This document shows, in pieces, positions 55,717-64,000 of a stretch of 64,000 nt of DNA. Source of the DNA: Eledone cirrhosa (lineage: Eukaryota); assembly GCA_964016885.1 (NCBI GenBank), contig OZ024742.1, positions 155,496,001 through 155,560,000 on the forward strand, read 5' to 3'. The notes under the pieces are model-generated. The model had not been told where the DNA came from, did not search any database, and saw nothing but the letters and a program-made list of their open reading frames with translations. Each line of letters opens with the position of its first letter. Position 1 is the first letter of the stretch. The translations under genes were made by a program, and so were the position numbers.

Positions 55717-56188
55717 GTAGGAGGTGAATTTTATTGTAGTACAATAAAGCAATGCAGATATCGGATAAGAAGCACTCGACAGTTTGTAGGACTGGAGTAT
55801 ACATAATATATAAGATCAAAAGATGGTTAAAATGTTCCATGTATTTTATTATGCGCATTTCAAAAACAAATATCATCATGCAATAACACAAATGTTATTG
55901 CATGATGATATTTGTTTTTGAAATGCGCATAATAAAATACATGGAACTATTTTAACCATCTTTTGATCTTATATATTATATTATATATATATATATATAA
56001 CGAAGAAAATGTGGTAAGGAACCAGGTGGACCGTAACGCACCAAAGTACTCAATACTTAGGGTAGTAGAGTGGGTAATCGGAACAAGTTGGACCCCAACA
56101 GCTGAGCTCAAGCCGTTTCGACGGCTAATTCTGTACAGAATTAGCCCTCGAAACGGCTTTGAGCTCAGCCGTCGGGGTCCTACTCGTT

Positions 56189-56192
<4 letters not shown>
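55715..56192. mobile_element. Adjacent family B and family C fold-back elements
   Basis: Palindromes centred at about 55890 and about 56134. B also precedes C in the 3160-4150 cluster. Confidence 0.8.
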
Positions 56193-56260
<68 letters not shown>

Positions 56261-56988
56261 TATATATATATATTTACTTTCTACTGTTGACCATGTTTAT
56301 ATACAAATGGGTGCATATACAGCCCCGTGCGTTTGTGTATTTACATGGAAATGTGTTTTGAAACTTCTACAATTTGTATAGTGTCATATATAGAGAAAAC
56401 ACGAAAGAAAAAAAGGAAACGTAAAGTTACCTTCACTATACTTAATAGTTCCTTTCGGGTAAGAATGGAAAATGTTAAAGATTGACGAGAGAGAGGGTGA
56501 GAGATTTTAAACGTCTACTACGTTACATATATAAACATCGTGCCTTATAACATTGAATGCAACGCACCTGAATGATACTGGAATTCACATTGCGTCGTTA
56601 GATTCCCGGTTCCATCCGCTGCATGACATTTTAGACAAATGTTATTTACCATAGCCATGTGAGTGGTATTTGTTTGAAGGATATCCATTTGACTCTCGTC
56701 GGGTGGATTATAAGTATAATTCAAATGGACAATCATGTCATAAACGGCGTCAAGTTGATTCTCACTTGGAAGTACGTTTAGGGAAGAGGTGTCTCTGAAA
56801 TTATCATTCTATTGCACGTTAATTCGTGAGCAGTCGGTTCACTCATCGTCGGAAATAAAGAAGCTCCATCGAAATGTTATTTAATCAGAGCTAAACGTGA
56901 TTTTCATATTTTTCCAGTACAAACTTATATTCAGAGAATCAAATTCTATGTATTGAACATAATTATTAATTTTTTCTATTTCTTTCAG

Positions 56989-57138
56989 TGCCGCCGAAAA
57001 TCATTGATCATTTATCAAGCGTAGATACGAACGTAAGAGAAGGCGAAACAGTTAGTCTAGTTTGCAATGTAACAGGAATACCTCAACCTACTGTTACTTG
57101 GTACCGACAGAAAAGACATGAAGGTGGTGTTAAAGAAC
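56989..57138 (+). CDS. Next exon, N-terminal half of the second Ig (I-set/C2) domain
   Basis: Acceptor tttctatttctttcag| and donor GAAC|gtaagt; 150 nt, phase 1-1. Joined to the previous exon it reads (V)PPKIIDHLSSVDTNVREGETVSLVCNVTGIPQPTVTWYRQKRHEGGVKE, the typical VPP..EG..V.L.C..TG.P.P.V.W signature. Not in the ORF track. Confidence 0.93.
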
Positions 57139-57341
57139 GTAAGTGATTAAATACAACATCTAAATTCACTTTGGTTAAATGTCCAAGCTATTTAGAATGT
57201 GAATGTCAATTCAATAACATTTAAAGAGAACTGAACAAGCGGTATGGACGCTGTCTTACATTCTATAGCAACGGAAGCAGTAATGACATTTATACGTGTG
57301 CGTTTGTGAGACTGGTTATGGATAGTATATATACACACGTA

Positions 57342-57400
<59 letters not shown>

Positions 57401-59216
57401 ATAATAATAAACGTGAAGACTAAAATTGAAAGAGGGCTCAATGAGGATAAATATATATCAAATATATAAGAACCATAGAGCAAATATTTATTAGAATAAC
57501 AGATTAAAGTTTAAGTAAATAATCGCTGCTTTCACCCTTAACGGGATCTTCTAAAATCCCTTTAAGGGTGAAAGCAGCGAATTTTGCTTAAACTTTAATC
57601 TGTTATTTTAATATCTCTCTCTCTCTCTATATATATATATATGTTTCAGATTTATATTAAGAAAGATGTTGATGTTATATAAATCGTTTATTCATTATAT
57701 TTATTTCAACTGTTCTCCCATGCATTCGAATATGTAATTCTTGCATTTTTTGCTGTTATGAGAACGGTTTTTTTCAGAGGAAATTTGCTTTTGTGATATG
57801 CCGCTGACAGAAAAATCACGTCATGCTGTCCGTCAGACATATAAGTTCCTAAATGTGTCTTTCCAAGCCATCGAGGTTTCATTTTTAGGAGTTATGTGCA
57901 ATCTATGTGTCAATTAGCGAATAAGGACTCATGTACCCCCCCAGAGAATTAGGGTCGTAAGTTACGAAACGATAATAATTTTGAGATAGAGCGCCCGTGA
58001 TGTTAGCTCTAAACATCACGGGCGCTCTATCTCAAAATTATTTTTGAAAAGCATTAGAAATGCGCAACCGGTAAAACTTAAAACCAAAACTCAATACTAA
58101 CCAATACTATTACTAATTTTTACTTATTCCTCATTTAACTATTTTTCGCTGGTAACAATTTGTCAGCATTTTCGTTTCCTTTTATCAATATATATATATA
58201 TCTATACTCTTTTGTCAAAATATTCACATGGGAGTAAGATACAATATCTATAACTATCACATTACAAGAAGGGAACAACTGCTGCTATTCGACAATGTAG
58301 CCGATGAGAGGATGTGAACAAACTAACTCGGGACCCTTTTTGAGGGAACCCCTCTCTGAATCCCAATATTCCAATATTCTCTGTACAAAGTTTCCTCTAA
58401 ACTCGGAAAAAATATTCTTTATTATATTTCAAAATCGATTACTAAACTCAATACCGAAGGTTTAACATTTCGAGTTATTTATTAAGGTTTCACGACAAGA
58501 TTTTGTTAAAAGACGACATTACTGAACAAACAGCGTTCGTTGATGTTGGCGATATGTTTACGTGGTGAAATAAGAATTTAACTCAAGAATGCCAACCTTC
58601 GTAACACTTCACAAACCCTGTAAAATAATCTTTATTTAAAGAGATGCAGACCAACCGACCAGCTTTATACAAACAACATAATATGCATAAAGTTTTCAAA
58701 GATAAATTCCGATGCTATTATCCAAAGGGAGCAGGGCGATATTAAATAGATTTTTCGTAGCTATGCAGCAATCTTCAGTTTACTAAAGAGAAAAACGATG
58801 AGAGCAAGAACATTCCACAACAACACATTCTGACCACTATTTATTTAAGTTGCATTGTTGAGTCAGAATCTTTAATTAAACAGCAATGCAAACAGAACTG
58901 CCTGTTTTACATGGTGCGAACCAGAATCCTATGTAAACTAACGATGTTAAACACGTTTCCCATGGCAGACGAATAGCTTGCAGATAGCAAAAATGGAAGA
59001 AAGAGAAAAACAATAGCAAACCAAGAAGAAAAATATGAATAAACGCTAAACTTGCTCAGAACTAATTGTATGAAGCAAAGTTAAAAGAAGTAATTAATCA
59101 AAGAGAAATTGTCTGTCAGAAGATAGCTTAAGATGATGGAATATTTGGTACGCTTAATTGCTCACAGAACACACTGCAATACACACACACACACATGCAC
59201 ACACATATATATGAAT

Positions 59217-59720
<504 letters not shown>

Positions 59721-60240
59721 GCAGAGGGAGAGAGAGAGAAAGAGAGAGATAAAGAGGAGGGGGAGAGAGATGGAATGAAGATGCGAATAGAGAATGAATG
59801 AGAGAGACATACTTTTAACATATAATTGTTTGCTTGCATTGGAAGATGTTAACGCACTGCTCATCTGCTGCGTTGTAACAGCGCCGTCTAACGAAGACAG
59901 CTACAACAAGAAAATCAAAGCGAAACAAAAAGCACACACACATGGTAAGAAGAAATAGAGTGACTACACCATAGTCGGTGGATGATCTAACAGAATGATA
60001 TGACAGAATGACCGCATAGTTCAAGGAATTTGAATTAAATATTGAGGGGAACTTATCAAGTGATAGATGCTACAGCGGTAATAAACAAATATGTATTAAT
60101 TATCTACTGGACGATACAGCAAGGCATGAGAAATCTATATTGTTTGTGTGTGGGGCACAAGAACGGAAAAGTGTAACATCAAATATCCGGAAATATGTAT
60201 CGAAATAGAGACAAGCGACCTCTCTCTCTCTCTCTCTCTG

Positions 60241-60690
<450 letters not shown>

Positions 60691-60842
60691 GTATGTATAC
60701 ACGTATTTATATATATACACACACACACACACACTTACATATACATAACCATTGTTTAAGCACGGACAATTAATTATCTTAGGTTCAGATATATTATATT
60801 ATATTACGTTTTATTCCTATAGGGTTACGTTTTAATCCTATA

Positions 60843-61480
60843 GGGCGGTGGATTGGCAGTATCGTTAGAGGGTCGGAGGCCATGCCTTCCAGCATAGTTA
60901 CGTCCCTTTACGATCTGATTTCAATCCCGCCGAGGTTGACATTGCCTTTCATCCTTACGGGGTCGATAAAATAAAGTACCAGTAATGCACTGGGGATTTG
61001 CTGGCCTTGTGCCTAAAGTAGAAACAATTATATTATATTATAACATAAGGGCGGTGGATTGGCTGTATCGGTAGAGGGTCGGACGCCATGATTTGCCGCA
61101 TAGAGTTACGGCCCCTTATGATCTGAGTTCAAATCTCGCCGAGCGTTAACTTTGCCTTTTCATCCTTACGGGGTCGATAAAATAAAGTACCAGTCACGCC
61201 ACTGGAGTCAATTTCATCGACTCCCCCCCCCCCCCTCCCAGAAAAAAAAATTGCTGGCATCGTGCCTAAGTAAGAAACCATTATATTATGTTATAACATA
61301 TAATATATTATAATATATTGTGTTATATTATATTCTATTATAGTTTATCATACTATTTCCCTTTATATATATATCTATGTTCGTGTCCGAGGTTAACTTT
61401 ACCTTTCATCCTTACGGGGTTGATAAAACAATGTACAGTAATACACAGGGTATTGGCTGGCATTGTGCAAAAGCAGAAAA
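60843..61480 (+). mobile_element. Cluster of three tandem octopod-type SINEs (60843-61030, 61049-61282, partial 61387-61480)
   Basis: Repeated SINE consensus immediately upstream of exon 61579. Confidence 0.85.
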
Positions 61481-61578
61481 AATTATATATATCTACTACA
61501 AACAATTGTCATTATTTTGTAACATATATTCAGATTATGTTTTCCTTGTGTATCCATTGATAATATTTTTTTCTGTAG

Positions 61579-61708
61579 AGGTTGGACCACCAGGGGAAGT
61601 GCTTATCATCCACAATGTGACACGCTACTGTGATGATATATACACCTGTGAAGCTTCAAATGGTGTCCCACCGAATTCCTACCGAAAAATAGCAGTTTAA
61701 AGTTTTAT
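61579..61708 (+). CDS. Third exon, C-terminal half of the second Ig domain; apparent 1-nt insertion creates TAA at 61698-61700
   Basis: Acceptor ttttttctgtag| and donor TTAT|gtaagt at 61709. Encodes (Q)VGPPGEVLIIHNVTRYCDDIYTCEASNGVPPNSYRKIAV*. Removing one T from GTTTAAAG gives ...IAVKVL plus a phase-1 junction, as expected at an Ig domain boundary. Confidence 0.88.
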
Positions 61709-61790
61709 GTAAGTATTCTTATCATGTTACAATTCCCACGTTACGCACACGTCAACATACACATGTTCACACCCACACAAAACACAGCAT

Positions 61791-61794
<4 letters not shown>

Positions 61795-61837
<43 letters not shown>

Positions 61838-61845
61838 TAATATAT

Positions 61846-61929
<84 letters not shown>

Positions 61930-62043
61930 TATATATATTAATATATATATATAATATATAATATATATATTATATAATATATATATTTATATATATAATA
62001 TAATATAATATATATATATATATATATAATATATATATATATT

Positions 62044-62081
<38 letters not shown>

Positions 62082-62083
62082 AT

Positions 62084-62168
<85 letters not shown>

Positions 62169-62176
62169 ATATATAT

Positions 62177-62219
<43 letters not shown>

Positions 62220-62227
62220 TATATAAT

Positions 62228-62304
<77 letters not shown>

Positions 62305-62493
62305 TATATAATATATATATATATATATATAATATATTATATATATATATATATATAACTATATATATAATATATATATATATAATATATATATATATAA
62401 TATATATAATATAATATATATATATATATTATATATATATATAATTATATATATATATAATATAATATATAATATATAATATATATAATATAT

Positions 62494-62529
<36 letters not shown>

Positions 62530-62620
62530 ATATAATATATATAATATAATATATATAATATATATATAATATATATAATATATATTATATATATATATAT
62601 AATAATATATATATATAAAT

Positions 62621-62651
<31 letters not shown>

Positions 62652-62658
62652 ATATTAA

Positions 62659-62722
<64 letters not shown>

Positions 62723-62815
62723 TATATAGATATATATATATATAATATATAATATATATATATATAAATATATATATATATAGTAAATATTATATATATA
62801 TATATATATAATATA

Positions 62816-62865
<50 letters not shown>

Positions 62866-62902
62866 TATATATATATAATATATATATATATTATATATAG
62901 TA

Positions 62903-62934
<32 letters not shown>

Positions 62935-62980
62935 ATATATATATATATAATATATATATATATATATTATATATATATAT
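61795..62980. repeat. About 1.2-kb noisy (TA)n tract running into an assembly gap
   Basis: Direct reading. Confidence 0.95.
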
Positions 62981-63180
62981 NNNNNNNNNNNNNNNNNNNN
63001 NNNNNNNNNNNNNNNNNNNNNNNNNNNNNNNNNNNNNNNNNNNNNNNNNNNNNNNNNNNNNNNNNNNNNNNNNNNNNNNNNNNNNNNNNNNNNNNNNNNN
63101 NNNNNNNNNNNNNNNNNNNNNNNNNNNNNNNNNNNNNNNNNNNNNNNNNNNNNNNNNNNNNNNNNNNNNNNNNNNNNNNN
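62981..63180. other. Assembly gap (200 N)
   Basis: Run of N. Confidence 1.
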
Positions 63181-64000
63181 TGTGTGTGTAGGTATGTCTT
63201 TGGTTATGGTTATTTACGGCTGTGCTCATGTTTGTACATACATACGTGCGTATAGATCTAGATGTTTGTGTTCTTCTATGGATATACATTTATTTATATA
63301 TTATTAAAATAGTATTTCGATATGTACATTTGAATATATAAAATTACAGTCCACGGGAAACGATATAAAACTTTATAGTGGAATAAAAATCGAACACATA
63401 TCTTCAGATTAAATAGCAGCCAACCACTCTCTATGTCAATATTTTCATCACATTGCTGTTATTTTTATGGATAATATTGTAGAAAAATATATGATTATAT
63501 AGTCGTGTTTGAAAATGATTTTCGTTGTTTATATCTCTAAAGTTGTAGTGAATCGAATAAAATCCAACCTTGAATGGAAACATTGTCACAAACATTACTA
63601 CACTAGTGTCCTCCGAATTCTATTGTCATTAGGATTGGCATTTGACTAATCAGAATACTCCAGCTTTATTAACAATATTAATTATATACTGCAGGATCTC
63701 TAACTGTAATGAGTAAAATTACGTTCTTCAATTACATAAAACATCCAATGATTTGTTGTATTGTTTTTAGTTTATTTTACTTAATCTAATCGAATCTATC
63801 GATTGGAGGCTTTCCAATGCAAATCTGCAAGATAAAACGTATATTCCTTGGTGTTTGCAAAGCCTTCTATATAATGCATAATTTATATATTTGTATGAAT
63901 TCAATGTTGAAGCATTCAAATAGATATATTGAGATAAATGTTGGAGAATTAAAATTAAAGTTAACACATGCCAAATGATCTGAGACGGGTTATATAGGCC

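Noticed and set aside
56545-56870. Coding-looking minus-strand stretch near exon 56989
   Set aside because: No recognisable domain or splice context; possibly an old TE fragment.

Overview
AT-rich, microsatellite-saturated animal genomic DNA. The SINE repertoire suggests an octopod cephalopod (inference). Nearly all ORFs in the supplied track are (TA)n/(CA)n/(GA)n artefacts. The only host gene I can support is three + strand exons (39978-40182, 56989-57138, 61579-61708) of a Lachesin/IgLON/DIP-like immunoglobulin-superfamily cell-adhesion gene. It has huge introns and an apparent 1-nt frameshift in the third exon, and I could not find its 5' exon(s). The rest is repeat-derived: tRNA-type SINEs, RTE-clade LINE relics, a non-autonomous Helitron, and 3' fragments of Penelope-like elements (PLEs; Naiad-like and a second GIY-YIG type). 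The main finding is about a dozen unrelated short sequence families that sit between (TA)n tracts, are mostly arranged as fold-back inverted repeats (about 0.07-3 kb), and carry type I hammerhead ribozyme motifs (CUGANGA...GAAA, usually a tiny palindromic stem III, NUH). Several fold-back centres fall inside hammerhead stem II, which suggests hairpin-primed snap-back during retrotransposition. All structures were folded by eye, and repeat boundaries are approximate (about +/-20 nt).
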